Positions 1-10,287 of a DNA stretch of 64,000 nt are shown here, one piece after another. The DNA comes from Candidatus Latescibacterota bacterium (GTDB taxonomy: Bacteria > Latescibacterota > UBA2968 > UBA8231): contig CBDETK010000013.1 of the NCBI GenBank assembly GCA_965242865.1, positions 2,464,001 to 2,528,000 on the forward strand. Reading direction: 5' to 3'. Numbering within the stretch: position 1 is the stretch's first letter; every line of letters begins with the position of its first letter. Both the position numbers and the translations under genes were made by a program. Under the pieces are notes generated by a model that was given only the letters and a program-made list of their open reading frames with translations, ran no database searches and was not told the origin of the DNA.

Positions 1-1129
1 GGCAGTAGAGCGCGAAGCCCACGCCCCAACGCGCTTCGTCGCCGTAATCGGTGTGCGGGTAGTGTTCGGCCAAGCGGCCATAGAGCGTTGCGGCGCGGGC
101 GAACTGGCTGGTGCGCTCGGCCGCTTTGGCCGCCTGCCACAGGGCATCGTCGGCCAAGTCGTGCTGGGGATACCGCTTGGCAAAGCTCGCATAAGCGGCA
201 ATGGCCTCGTCTTCGCGGTTTTTGCGGACGAATAGACTGGCGATGCGATACAGGGCCGCGGGGTTGCCGTAGCGGTCGTGCACCGTCCGAAAAACCCGCT
301 CGGCCTGGGTGTAATGCCCGGCAGCTAGGTACGCCCGACCGAGGGTGAAGTGCGCCTTAGCGACGCGCTGGTCGCCGCTATGTGCGCGGATGAAGTGGCG
401 AAAGCTCTTGATGGCTTGGTTGAATTGCCGGTGGCTGTACTGGGTGTGGGCCTTAGCATACGCGGTGCGGGCGTCGAGCTGCTTGGGCAGGTGCGGCAGA
501 CTGTTGCGGGCGTGTTTGGACCGGGGGTGGTTTTCCAGCAGTTGTAAACGCCACTTTTGCGCCTGCGTTGCGTCGAGCTTTTGGCTGGTGGTGGCGAGCA
601 GGTAGAGGACGCGCGCGCGATCGGCACCCTGCGCGAGTTGTTGCTCGTACAGGGCGAGAGCCTTGGCAGGTTGGTCGGCGGTCCGGTAGAGAGCGGCCAA
701 GCGCAGGCTGGCGGGGTTGCGGAGGATTGGGTTGGCCGAGGCAGTTAGCAAGTTTTCGTACTCGGCGATGGCGTCGGGCGTCTGGTCCAGGTCCTCTAGG
801 GAGCGAGCCAGCCAGAAGCGGCGGTAGTCGTCCAAGGCCGGTACGTCGAGGGTGCGCAAGCGATCGTACGCGAGGTTTGGCTTTTTGAGGGCGCGCTCGC
901 AAAACGCCCGCTGGAACTCGATGTGCGGGGTCGGGTCTAGCGCCATGAGTTGGGGATAGGCGAGGTCGCAGCGGTCGTCGGCGATCAGCGCGGCGATTGG
1001 GCTCGGTCGCTCCGGCGCGGGCACCTCGGTGTCGGTGGGAACTAAAAGGTAGAAATAGGCCGCTAGCGGCAGCAAAATTAGGAGGCTCAGGCCCAGCGAG
1101 GCCCAAGCCCATTTGGCTTTGTTGGTCAT
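1..1129 (-). CDS. Membrane-anchored TPR-repeat protein, 3' end outside the window (possibly the N-terminal part of a lytic transglycosylase)
   Basis: Not in the ORF track because it runs off the window. Manual translation from ATG 1129 gives MTNKAKWAWASLGLSLLILLPLAAYFYLL (TM anchor), then TPR-like helices (AHFTLGRAY, ALYRIASLF, LADDALWQAAK). The frame is open to position 2. The Slt domain is inference only. Confidence 0.75.
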   Translation of the reverse strand, partial: MTNKAKWAWASLGLSLLILLPLAAYFYLLVPTDTEVPAPERPSPIAALIADDRCDLAYPQLMALDPTPHIEFQRAFCERALKKPNLAYDRLRTLDVPALDDYRRFWLARSLEDLDQTPDAIAEYENLLTASANPILRNPASLRLAALYRTADQPAKALALYEQQLAQGADRARVLYLLATTSQKLDATQAQKWRLQLLENHPRSKHARNSLPHLPKQLDARTAYAKAHTQYSHRQFNQAIKSFRHFIRAHSGDQRVAKAHFTLGRAYLAAGHYTQAERVFRTVHDRYGNPAALYRIASLFVRKNREDEAIAAYASFAKRYPQHDLADDALWQAAKAAERTSQFARAATLYGRLAEHYPHTDYGDEARWGVGFALYC

Positions 1130-1269
1130 GGTATTGCGGAGGCTTAAAGTGGGTTTTTATTGGACGCGCCCGCGGCGCAACTTGCTCTCAAAAATACAAT
1201 GGCTTAGCGCGAGGGGCCAAGCGAAAAATTGCCCGGCCACGGCGCGACAAAAAGGCTAGAGGTCGCGCT

Positions 1270-2685
1270 TCAACGGCGTTTGGGCGCGTAGAGGTGTGCG
1301 CTGGGGCCGTAGTGGCTTTCGGCCGCTTCCATGAGGGTTTCGGAGAGCGTCGGGTGGGGGTGGATCGAATGCTGGACATCGGCGGCGAGCGCGGCCATTT
1401 CCACGGCGAGGACGCCCTCGGCAATCAGCTCGCCCGCGCCGCTGCCGGCAATGCCCACGCCTAGGATCCGGTCGGTCTGAGGGTCGATGAGCAGCTTGGT
1501 GAGGCCGTCGCTGGTGCCTTGGGTGGCGGCGCGGCCAGAAGCCGCCCAAGGAAAGCGGGCCACCGCGACCGAGCGCTCCTGCTTTTTGGCCTCTTCCTCG
1601 GTGAGGCCGCACCAAGCGATCTCTGGGTCGGTATAGACGACGTTGGGAATGGCGTGGGGTGCGAAGACTTGTTTGTCGTGGCCGGCCGCGACCTCGGCGG
1701 CTAGGCTGCCTTGGTGGGCGGCCGTGTGGGCGAGGGCCGCGCCGACGAGGTCGCCAATGGCAAAAATCGACGCCTCGGCCGTGCGCAGTTGGTCATCGAC
1801 TTGGACATAGCCGCGCTCGTCGAGGCCGACGGCCGTGTGTTCCAGCCCCAAGCCTTCGCTGTTGGGGACCCGGCCAACGGCGAGGAGGATTTTGGCGTAG
1901 GTCTGGGAAACGCGCTGACCGTCGCTGGTTTGCAATTGGACCGCTAAGCCATCGTCGCGCTCGTCGAGGGCGGTCACTTGGGTGCTGAGCATGATGTCGT
2001 CAAAGCGCTCGGCGGCCTTGTTGTGCAGTGGTTTGACCAAGTCGCGGTCGGCCGGGGGGATCAGCCCGGGCAGCATTTCGACGACCGAAACTCGAGTGCC
2101 GAGGGCCGCGTACACCTGCCCCAACTCCATGCCAATGATGCCGCCGCCGACCACGAGCATGGAGGCCGGCAGGTCGCGGAGGGCGACAGCCGCGGTCGAA
2201 TCCATGATGCGCTCGCTCGGCTGGTCAAAGAGGGCTGGCACGGCCGGCCGCGACCCGGTGGCGAGAATGGCGCGTTCAAACTGCAAGGTGCCTTGGCGTC
2301 CGTCGGCGTTGTCGATTTGCAGGGTGTGGGGGTCGAGGAAGCGGGCGTACCCCTGCACGTAAGTCAGCTTGCGCGCCTTGACGAGCTGCCCCAAGCCCTG
2401 CGTCATCTGGGCGACGACCGCGTCCTTGGCGGCCCGCAGCTTGCGGAGGTCAATTTCGGGCGCGGCAAATTGGATGCCCCAGCGCTCGGCTTCTCTGGCC
2501 TCGTACAAGAGCTTGGAGACGTGCAGGAGGGCTTTGGAGGGGATGCAGCCTCGGTAGAGGCAGACGCCGCCCGGCTGGGCTGCTGGATCGATCAAGGCGA
2601 CATCCAGTCCCAAGTCCGCGGCCTTAAAGGCGGCCACGTACCCGCCCGGACCGCCGCCGATGACCGCTAGCTGGGCCTTATCCAT
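1270..2685 (-). CDS. lpdA: Dihydrolipoyl dehydrogenase (E3)
   Basis: GGGPGG FAD motif, GGVCLYRGCIPSK redox disulfide, GGGIIG NAD motif, HPHPTLSE. Start moved to ATG 2685 (MDKAQL), which follows a GAGGTG RBS. Confidence 0.97.
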   Translation of the reverse strand: MDKAQLAVIGGGPGGYVAAFKAADLGLDVALIDPAAQPGGVCLYRGCIPSKALLHVSKLLYEAREAERWGIQFAAPEIDLRKLRAAKDAVVAQMTQGLGQLVKARKLTYVQGYARFLDPHTLQIDNADGRQGTLQFERAILATGSRPAVPALFDQPSERIMDSTAAVALRDLPASMLVVGGGIIGMELGQVYAALGTRVSVVEMLPGLIPPADRDLVKPLHNKAAERFDDIMLSTQVTALDERDDGLAVQLQTSDGQRVSQTYAKILLAVGRVPNSEGLGLEHTAVGLDERGYVQVDDQLRTAEASIFAIGDLVGAALAHTAAHQGSLAAEVAAGHDKQVFAPHAIPNVVYTDPEIAWCGLTEEEAKKQERSVAVARFPWAASGRAATQGTSDGLTKLLIDPQTDRILGVGIAGSGAGELIAEGVLAVEMAALAADVQHSIHPHPTLSETLMEAAESHYGPSAHLYAPKRR

Positions 2686-2692
2686 AGCCACC

Positions 2693-3916
2693 TCAGCCTT
2701 CCAACAGGGCGATAAAGGGGTCTTCCAAAGCCGTGCAGACCCAGCGGAGGAAGCGGGCGCCATCGGCCCCGTCGATCAGGCGATGGTCGTAGGACAGCGA
2801 CAGGGGCAGGAAGGTGCGCGGCTGGAGTTGGCCGCTGATGTACGCGGGTTCGACTTGCGAGCGCGCCACCCCGAGAATGGCCACTTCGGGCGGGTTGACG
2901 ATGGGCGTAAACGCGGTGCCGCCCATGGTGCCGACGTTGCTGATGGTCATGGACCCGCCCTGCATGTCGGCCGGCCCGATTTTGCGCTCGCGGGTCTTTT
3001 GCGCCAACTCGCTCAGCTCGACCGCCAATTCGATGATGTTCTTTTGGTCCACGTCGCGCACCACCGGCACGAGCAGGCCATGGGGGGTATCGACGGCAAT
3101 GCCAATGTGGAAGTAGTGCTTGTACACGATCTCCCGCTGGGCCATGTCGATGCTGGCGTTGAATTGCGGGAAGACCTTGAGGGCGATGCCCAGCACCTTG
3201 ATGAGGATCGCGGTCGGCGTCAGCTTGCCGCCGGCGGCTTCGGCCTTTTTGCCGTATTCCGCGCGCCACGTTTCCAACCGGGTGAGGTCGGCCTTGTCGA
3301 ACTGGGTGACCTGTGGGATGGTGGCCCAAGCCTGCGCGAGGCGCTCGGCCGTGATCTCGCGCACCTTGGTCATCTGCTGGCGCTCGACCGCACCCCACTG
3401 GCTGAAGTCGGGCAGCGGCGCGGCCTCGACCGGAGCAGTCGTGCGCGTGGCGTGCAGCTTTTTTGAGTGCGCCTTGACGTCGTCAATGGAGATCCGGCCG
3501 CCCGGGCCGGTGCCCTGAACTTGGGCAATCTCGACGCCGATTTCGCGGGCCAAGCGGCGCGTTGACGGCGCGGCTGGGACCGGGGCGTCTGGCGTAGGCG
3601 CGGGGGGAGCTTCGACGACTGGGGCGGCTTCTCGTTCTTGTACAATCGGGGGGGGAGCGGCTTCCTCCGCCTCGGCTTCCTCCGCCTCGACTGCGAGGAT
3701 GGGCTGCCCGACGGCAATGGTGTCGCCCGGCTGGACGAGGATTTCGGTGACGACGCCGTCGATGGAAGAGGGCACCTCAATGACGGCCTTGTCGGTTTCG
3801 AGCTCGATGACGATCTGGTCTTCGGCGAGGCGGTCGCCAATGGCGACGAGGATGCGGATCACATCGCCGCTTTCGATGTTTTCACCCAAGTCGGGCAGGG
3901 CAAATTTTACGGGCAT
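2693..3916 (-). CDS. aceF: Dihydrolipoamide acetyltransferase (E2), single lipoyl domain
   Basis: ETDKA lipoyl-lysine motif, PSTRRLARE E3-binding domain, DHRLIDG catalytic motif; lies between aceE and lpdA. Confidence 0.95.
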   Translation of the reverse strand: MPVKFALPDLGENIESGDVIRILVAIGDRLAEDQIVIELETDKAVIEVPSSIDGVVTEILVQPGDTIAVGQPILAVEAEEAEAEEAAPPPIVQEREAAPVVEAPPAPTPDAPVPAAPSTRRLAREIGVEIAQVQGTGPGGRISIDDVKAHSKKLHATRTTAPVEAAPLPDFSQWGAVERQQMTKVREITAERLAQAWATIPQVTQFDKADLTRLETWRAEYGKKAEAAGGKLTPTAILIKVLGIALKVFPQFNASIDMAQREIVYKHYFHIGIAVDTPHGLLVPVVRDVDQKNIIELAVELSELAQKTRERKIGPADMQGGSMTISNVGTMGGTAFTPIVNPPEVAILGVARSQVEPAYISGQLQPRTFLPLSLSYDHRLIDGADGARFLRWVCTALEDPFIALLEG

Positions 3917-3929
3917 AGGGTGGTAAAGC

Positions 3930-6590
3930 TCACAGGTAAATGGGATTGGGTTTTGCCGGATCGATCGCTAGATCTTTCATGGCTTGGACGACCGCGTCGT
4001 TTTCGAGCTGCCCGTCGCGGGCCAGCGCACTCAAGGCCCCCAAGGCGATGAAGCGGTAATCGACCTCAAAGTGGTCGCGCAGGGCCTCGCGGCTCTCGCT
4101 GCGGCCAAAGCCATCGGTGCCGAGGGAGACGGGTGGATTGGGAAACCAGCGGGCAATGGATTCCGGGAGGGCCTTGACGTAATCCGAGGCCATGACATGT
4201 ACGCCGCGCTCTGGGGCTAGGCAGTGTTCTAGGTAGCTGAGACGGGGCTGTTCCCCGGGGTGCAAGCGGTTCCAACGCTCGGCATCGAGGGCGTCGCGGT
4301 GCAGGGCCTTGTAGCTGGTGATGCTCCAGACATCCGCGCTGACTTGATATTTTTCCTCGAGGATGCGCTGCGCTTTGAGTGCGCTGTTGATGATCGCGCC
4401 GCTGCCGAAGAGGTGGGCCTTGAGCGGGGCGTTCGCTTGGGCCGAGGGCTTGAACTTGTACAGGCCCTTGAGAATGCCTTCTTCGACTCCGGCGGGCATC
4501 TCCGGCATGGCGTAGATGTCGTTTTCAACCGTCAGGTAGTAGAACACGTCCTCCTGCTCGACGTACATGCGGCGGATGCCCTCGCGGATGATGACGGCGA
4601 TCTCGTAGCCAAAGGCGGGATCGTAGGCTTCGAGATTGGGCACTGGATAGGCCAAGAGGTGGCTGTGCCCGTCCTCGTGTTGCAGCCCTTCGCCGTTGAG
4701 CGTGGTGCGCCCGGCCGTGCCGCCGACCATAAAGCCCTTGACCCGCATGTCGCCGGCGAGCCAGACCAAATCGCCGATCCGCTGCATCCCGAACATGGAG
4801 TAGTAGATGAAGAAGGGAATGGTGTTGATGCCGTGGGTGGCATAAGCCGAGCCGGCCGCGATAAAGGAGGACATGGACCCGGCTTCGGTGATGCCCTCTT
4901 CGAGGATCTGGCCGTCTTTGGCCTCTTTGTAGTACGTGATGACGTCTTTGTCAACCGGCTCGTATAGCTGGCCTTGGCTCGAATAGATCCCGAACTGGCG
5001 GAAGAGCGGCTCCATGCCGAAGGTGCGCGATTCGTCGGGGACGATGGGGACGACCAACTGGCCGATTTGCTTGTCTTGCATGAGCTTACGCATGACCGCG
5101 ACAAAGGCCATCGTCGTGGCAAACTCGCGCTTGCCCGAGCTCTTTTTGAATTCGTCCCACAGTGCTTCCGGGGGCATGGCCAGCGGCGGGGCCGTCACCT
5201 GCCGCTGGGGCACGTACCCGCCGAGGCTTTCCCGCCGCTGGCGGATGTACTGCATTTCCGGGCTGTCGTCCGGGGGCCGGTAGAAAGGCGTCTCCGCGAC
5301 CTCGTCGTCCGAGATGGGGATGCCGAAGCGGATGCGAAAGCGGCGAATCTCGTCTTCGTTGAGCTTTTTTTGCTGATGGGTAATGTTCTTGCCCTCGCCG
5401 GCCTCGCCCATGCCGTAGCCCTTGATGGTCTTGGCGAGAATAACGGTCGGCGCGCTCTCGTGGGCGATGGCTCGCTGGTAGGCCGCATAGACCTTTTCTG
5501 GATCGTGGCCGCCGCGCCGCATTTTCTGGAGCTGTTCGTCCGAGTAGTCCGCGACCATTGCGGCTAGCTGTGGGTCGGTGCCGAAGAAATCGTGGCGGAT
5601 GTAGCTGCCGTCGGAGACCGAGTACTTCTGGTACTGGCCATCGACGACCTCGTTCATGCGCTGGGCCAAGCGGCCGTCGGCGTCCTGCTCCAAGAGCGGG
5701 TCCCAGTCGTCCCCCCAGATCACCTTGACGACGTTCCAGCCGGCGCCGCGGAAAACCGCTTCGAGCTCCTGTATTATCTTTCCGTTGCCGCGCACCGGGC
5801 CGTCGAGACGCTGTAGGTTGCAATTGACGACCCAGATGAGGTTGTTGAGCTGTTCGCGCGCCGCCAGGGTGAGCGCGCCCAAGCTCTCGGGCTCGTCGCA
5901 CTCGCCATCGCCCAAAAAGGCCCACACCTTGCTGTCGTCTATGGGCTTGAGGCCGCGGTTTTCGAGGTAGCGGTTGAAGCGAGCCTGATAGATCGACAGG
6001 ATCGGCCCCAAGCCCATAGACACGGTGGGGAACTGCCAAAAGTCCGGCATCAGCCAAGGGTGGGGGTAGGAGGCGAGGCCGCCGCTGGGTTGCAACTCGC
6101 GGCGGAAGTTTTCCAGTTGGTGCTCGCTGAGCCGCCCTTCGAGAAAGGCGCGGGCGTATATGCCGGGGGCCGCGTGCCCTTGGAAGTATATCTGGTCGCC
6201 GGGGTGGCCGGTGCGGGGGGCGCGGAAAAAGTGATTGTACCCGACCTCGTACAGGGTGGCCGAAGAGGCGTAGGTCGAGATGTGGCCGCCGAGGTTGGCG
6301 TTGTCGCGATTGGCGCGCACGACCATGGCCATGGCGTTCCAGCGCACCATGCTTTTGATGCGCCGCTCGACCTCGCGGCTGCCCGGGTAGGGCGACTGCT
6401 GGTCGCGGGAAATGGTATTGATATAGGGCGTGTTGACGCTAAAGGGGGTACCGACGCCGGCTTCTGCGGCGTGGGTTTGGAGCCGTTGCAGGAGATTGAG
6501 GACCTGCGCGGGCGTTCTGTGAGCGAGCACGTAGTCGAGCGATTCGAGCCACTCGCTCACTTCGGCTTGTAGTTCTTGGGCGTTGCTCAT
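3930..6590 (-). CDS. aceE: Pyruvate dehydrogenase E1, homodimeric type
   Basis: 886 aa; GGHISTYASSA, YPHPWLMPDFWQFPTVSMGLG, GDGECDEPES TPP motif, GEGLQHEDG. Confidence 0.98.
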   Translation of the reverse strand: MSNAQELQAEVSEWLESLDYVLAHRTPAQVLNLLQRLQTHAAEAGVGTPFSVNTPYINTISRDQQSPYPGSREVERRIKSMVRWNAMAMVVRANRDNANLGGHISTYASSATLYEVGYNHFFRAPRTGHPGDQIYFQGHAAPGIYARAFLEGRLSEHQLENFRRELQPSGGLASYPHPWLMPDFWQFPTVSMGLGPILSIYQARFNRYLENRGLKPIDDSKVWAFLGDGECDEPESLGALTLAAREQLNNLIWVVNCNLQRLDGPVRGNGKIIQELEAVFRGAGWNVVKVIWGDDWDPLLEQDADGRLAQRMNEVVDGQYQKYSVSDGSYIRHDFFGTDPQLAAMVADYSDEQLQKMRRGGHDPEKVYAAYQRAIAHESAPTVILAKTIKGYGMGEAGEGKNITHQQKKLNEDEIRRFRIRFGIPISDDEVAETPFYRPPDDSPEMQYIRQRRESLGGYVPQRQVTAPPLAMPPEALWDEFKKSSGKREFATTMAFVAVMRKLMQDKQIGQLVVPIVPDESRTFGMEPLFRQFGIYSSQGQLYEPVDKDVITYYKEAKDGQILEEGITEAGSMSSFIAAGSAYATHGINTIPFFIYYSMFGMQRIGDLVWLAGDMRVKGFMVGGTAGRTTLNGEGLQHEDGHSHLLAYPVPNLEAYDPAFGYEIAVIIREGIRRMYVEQEDVFYYLTVENDIYAMPEMPAGVEEGILKGLYKFKPSAQANAPLKAHLFGSGAIINSALKAQRILEEKYQVSADVWSITSYKALHRDALDAERWNRLHPGEQPRLSYLEHCLAPERGVHVMASDYVKALPESIARWFPNPPVSLGTDGFGRSESREALRDHFEVDYRFIALGALSALARDGQLENDAVVQAMKDLAIDPAKPNPIYL

Positions 6591-6657
6591 GGCTGAAACA
6601 ATTCCTTTGCGGCGGCCGTTTTATAGGTTGGCAAAGATAATAAGCCCGTGTTTTCTT

Positions 6658-6718
6658 GGCAAAAAACCAAAGGCTGGATTCCCGCTTTCGCGGGAATGAC
6701 GCCTCTAGGCAAAAAACC
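6658..6718. repeat. dRS3/REP-like palindrome ATTCCC-N8-GGGAAT (6678-6697) flanked by an 11-bp direct repeat GGCAAAAAACC
   Basis: Read directly: GGCAAAAAACC at 6658-6668 and 6708-6718. The same palindromic core occurs at 40349-40368 and 62951-62970. Confidence 0.8.
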
Positions 6719-6789
6719 GTTTTGTTACAATCAGTTATATAATTGTAAGGACTGCTCGCGCTGATAGCAGCGCAGAAAGAGAGACTCCC

Positions 6790-8532
6790 GTGCATAGACA
6801 CAAAACCGCTTATGTCTGTTTGCTGGCGTCGCTGCTTTTGCATCTGACCGCGCTTTACGTAGGGGAGTACCTCTGGCGCGACGAGCTGGACGCGGAGAGC
6901 TTTCGCGTGCGTCTCGCCCGCATCCAGCCGCAGTTCAAGCCCCGCCGCCTGAGTCCCCTGCCCCGCTTAGATCTAGAGGCGTTGACCGTGGAGATGGAGT
7001 ATCTGCGGGCCGAGCAACCGGCGGTTGACCTGCGCGACCCCAATCTAGAGCGCGAGGCAACCCCGCCCGAGATAGAGGCCCCGACCGCGCCCTTGGCGTT
7101 GCGCGAGTTGGGCGTTGGCGAGAAGGAAGATGCGCCGATCTTGGAGCGCGAAAAGATGCTCTCGCCCTCGTCGTTGGGCTTGGCCGATAGCATGGGCATT
7201 GCCTCGATGGACCTCTTGCGGCTGGCGGACAGGGCCCGGGCCAACAAGGACCACGCCGCGGTCATCGCCAGTCGGGCGACCCGTCGCGACTTGGCTGGCT
7301 ACGTGAACTTCACCCAGTTGCGCGTCTATGGGGCGGGCTCGGGGCGCGGCGCGCTCGATGCCCTGAGCCGCTACTTGCGCGACCACACCGAGTTGCTGGC
7401 GCGGGTGCGGGACGAGACCCACGAGTACTTCCTGTCCGAGCAACTGCTCAAGGACCCCGTCCACTTCCTCTTCCAAGACAGCTTATCGGCCTACGACGAG
7501 AACGTCCTGACGATGTTCAGCCCGGAGGAGAAGGCTCTTTTGGGCCGCTATTTGCGCGGCGGCGGGTTCCTGTTTATCGAAGGCTCCAACCGCTACTTGC
7601 GCGAAATGATCGACCACCTGCGCGCGATCTTGGGGGCCGAGGCGCGCTTGAGCCCCATCCCGACAGCGCACCCGATATATCACTCCTTTTACGAGTTCGG
7701 CGGCGGCTTTCCCGGCGAGGACAAGTCGCAGAGCGAGGACGTGGGAGACAACCGCTCTTGGTATTATCCAACCAACAACCGCAGCGACCAGTTGGCCTTG
7801 CAGGAAGCCCAAGCCGCCACGTTCTCCGGGGCCAGCGCTGTGGGCGAGGGGTTGCCCCCGCCGGCCGGGCTGTGGGGCGTTGAGATGGGCGGCGAGTTGG
7901 TGGCCATCCTGAGCGATTTGGGGTTAGAGGGAAATTGGCTGGCCAGCTTTACTACGGAAGAAGAAAACGCCCGACCCACGACCTACGCGCTCATGGCGGG
8001 GACCAACATCTTGGTGTATGCGCTGACGCGCAAAAACGGCATGACGCCCCAACTGCCGCCGCCGGCTTGGATGCCGGGCCAGCGGCCGGTGGTGGCCCCG
8101 CAAGAGCCGGCGCTCGCCAGCGAGGCCGAAGAACTGTCGTTCGACGAGCTAGACGCTTGGCTGGCCTTGGTGTTGGCCCCCATCGGCAGCGAGATCACCG
8201 AGGATGTCACCGTGCGCTTGGACGGCCGCTACTCGCTCGAATTGCTCAAGCGCGGCTATCAGGGCTTGCTCTTTCACAATCTGCCGGCCGGGGCGCACTG
8301 GGTCGAGTTGAGCTATGGCGGGCAGACCCAGCAGTTGGAGGTCCAGCTCAAGGGGGGCGAGGTCTCCACCCTGACGTTCGCGCTCAATCGCTTTGCCTTT
8401 GTGGTGCGGCTGCGGCTACAGGAGCAGGAGGGGCGGGCGGACTGGCAGCACTGGTCTGCGGCCTTTGCCGATTTGGCGCTCGAGGAGATTTACTTGGCCG
8501 CCGACCGCGAATGGTTGGAAGGCGGCCCGTAG
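6790..8532 (+). CDS. Membrane-anchored DUF4159-domain protein
   Basis: N-terminal TM (ASLLLHL), central 'LGRYLRGGGFLFIE...HPIYHSFYEF' and 'AGTNILVYALT', typical of DUF4159. Confidence 0.7.
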   Translation: MHRHKTAYVCLLASLLLHLTALYVGEYLWRDELDAESFRVRLARIQPQFKPRRLSPLPRLDLEALTVEMEYLRAEQPAVDLRDPNLEREATPPEIEAPTAPLALRELGVGEKEDAPILEREKMLSPSSLGLADSMGIASMDLLRLADRARANKDHAAVIASRATRRDLAGYVNFTQLRVYGAGSGRGALDALSRYLRDHTELLARVRDETHEYFLSEQLLKDPVHFLFQDSLSAYDENVLTMFSPEEKALLGRYLRGGGFLFIEGSNRYLREMIDHLRAILGAEARLSPIPTAHPIYHSFYEFGGGFPGEDKSQSEDVGDNRSWYYPTNNRSDQLALQEAQAATFSGASAVGEGLPPPAGLWGVEMGGELVAILSDLGLEGNWLASFTTEEENARPTTYALMAGTNILVYALTRKNGMTPQLPPPAWMPGQRPVVAPQEPALASEAEELSFDELDAWLALVLAPIGSEITEDVTVRLDGRYSLELLKRGYQGLLFHNLPAGAHWVELSYGGQTQQLEVQLKGGEVSTLTFALNRFAFVVRLRLQEQEGRADWQHWSAAFADLALEEIYLAADREWLEGGP

Positions 8533-8541
8533 CCCCAACCC

Positions 8542-9255
8542 TTACATGTCGCGCAAGAGCACCATAAACAACCCGGTGTCCTCGCGTTCTTCGCCCCGCA
8601 AATCCACGCGGACCCCTGCGTTCAGGACCATGCCATCGCCGAGGCCGATGTCGAGATTCGGCTCTAAGCGGACGCTGAACTTGCCCTCCAAGTCGGAGGT
8701 GTTGGACGCGAGGAACGAGCTGAGGTACGCGCTTAGTCTTTCGCTGAATACTTGGGCTGGCTCGAGCAAGAGCTCGCCGACGAGGCCTTCGGCCGCGTAG
8801 CCTTTGAGCGCGGCAATCTGCAACCGAGTGTTGAGGCGGAAGGTGGGGCTTAGGCGCACGGTCTGCATGAGGCCAACGGCCAGCCCCGGGTCGGGAATGT
8901 CGCCCGCCGGCAGCGCGATGCTGGCGGTTGCCGCCCGATCGACGCCGAGCTGGTACTTGCCGCCGACCACGAGCGACGAAAAGTTGGAGTGCCCGTCCTT
9001 AAAAAAGCCAAAGGTGAGGTGAGCCCCCGCTTCAAACCGAGCGTGGGGATTGAATTTGGCCATGGCCACGATGTCGCTCTCGTCCTTGAGCTCTGCGAGC
9101 GCGGACGGAGAAGCCTTGGTATCAATTCCAATATCGACGCTGGTGTAGCCCCGGCCGCCCGGCAGGACGTAGTAAGGGTCGTAGCTGAGGGGTTGGGCGT
9201 GGACGGCCGTGCCCACGAGTGCGACCATGCCGATCAGTACGCAAAACAGGTGCAT
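8542..9255 (-). CDS. Exported hypothetical protein, probable outer-membrane beta-barrel
   Basis: Signal peptide ending AVHA/Q, alternating amphipathic beta-strand pattern, AGGAG RBS. Confidence 0.6.
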   Translation of the reverse strand: MHLFCVLIGMVALVGTAVHAQPLSYDPYYVLPGGRGYTSVDIGIDTKASPSALAELKDESDIVAMAKFNPHARFEAGAHLTFGFFKDGHSNFSSLVVGGKYQLGVDRAATASIALPAGDIPDPGLAVGLMQTVRLSPTFRLNTRLQIAALKGYAAEGLVGELLLEPAQVFSERLSAYLSSFLASNTSDLEGKFSVRLEPNLDIGLGDGMVLNAGVRVDLRGEEREDTGLFMVLLRDM

Positions 9256-9285
9256 GAGAACTCCTAAACTAAATGTGAGGGGTGT

Positions 9286-10287
9286 TCAAAAGCCGCAGCG
9301 CTTGCAGGCGCGGAAGAAAGGCTCGGCCATGGCGTAAGCGCCGCGGAAGACCATGTCGCTGGTGAGAGGATGGACGCAGATGAGGCGCGCCCCATTGTCG
9401 ATGGCCTCGACCATGCCGTCTTCAATGTCTTGGGGGTCTTCCATGGCGCCGTGCCCGACGACGCGCCCGGTGTGGATGCCGCGCTCGGCCGCGGCCCGGA
9501 ACAGGGCGTTGACCGCGTCGTTGACTTCCGGGAGGTCGCCCTCGCGCAGGATGGCGTCAAACGGGCCGACAAAGCCACAGGTCTTGTTGCGTCCTTGGGC
9601 CGCCATCAGGTCGAGGACGCGGTCGCGGAGCTCGAGGTCCATGATGTATTCCTTGGTCTCGAACTGAATCCAGCCTTGGGTTTCGGTCTCAGTGCCGCGC
9701 AACTGGTCGGGCGTGAACATCATGGTCCGCTCGCCGTCGCGGACCGGATACCCGCCACGGTCGTCTGGCGTGGCTTGGCCGGGGACGGGGAAGTTGATGG
9801 CGCGGAAATAGCACTCGGCCTCCTCGTAGGTGGTGCCGTAAGGGCGCATCGTCGCTCGGGTGCCGAGCTGGAAGGCGTCGCCGTGTTCGGAACGGGCTTC
9901 GCGCGCGAGGCGCTGAACCGGCAAGAGGCCGTGGCGCGCGAGGACGGCGTTTTGCTCGCGGCCGTACCAGCCTTCCCACTGGCTGTGCTCGGCGTCGTTG
10001 ACGATCCACGACCAACCGGCCTTGGCCCAAGCGTGGACCTCGGCGTCGCGCAGTTTGTGCCACGGCACGTCGTTGAAGCCGCCCAGCAGGGGGGGGGTTG
10101 CGGCTACCGACGCGCCCTGATCGAGGATTTCCTTGAGCGAGTTGCGAGCGGGATTGAGGGCATACTTGTAAGCGCGGCGAGCGAACTCCTCGGCGTTGAG
10201 GGGCCGGCTGCCGCCGATGGCTGCGATGGCGTCCACGGGGTTCTCCTTGTTGGATAACTCGATGAGGTGTTTGTCGGTTGGGGTCAT
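9286..10287 (-). CDS. HpcH/HpaI aldolase/citrate-lyase family protein
   Basis: AGWSWIVNDAEH, WIQFET and FVGPFD match the HpcH motifs (D-x-EH, Q-x-E-T, F-x-GP-x-D). Confidence 0.75.
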   Translation of the reverse strand: MTPTDKHLIELSNKENPVDAIAAIGGSRPLNAEEFARRAYKYALNPARNSLKEILDQGASVAATPPLLGGFNDVPWHKLRDAEVHAWAKAGWSWIVNDAEHSQWEGWYGREQNAVLARHGLLPVQRLAREARSEHGDAFQLGTRATMRPYGTTYEEAECYFRAINFPVPGQATPDDRGGYPVRDGERTMMFTPDQLRGTETETQGWIQFETKEYIMDLELRDRVLDLMAAQGRNKTCGFVGPFDAILREGDLPEVNDAVNALFRAAAERGIHTGRVVGHGAMEDPQDIEDGMVEAIDNGARLICVHPLTSDMVFRGAYAMAEPFFRACKRCGF

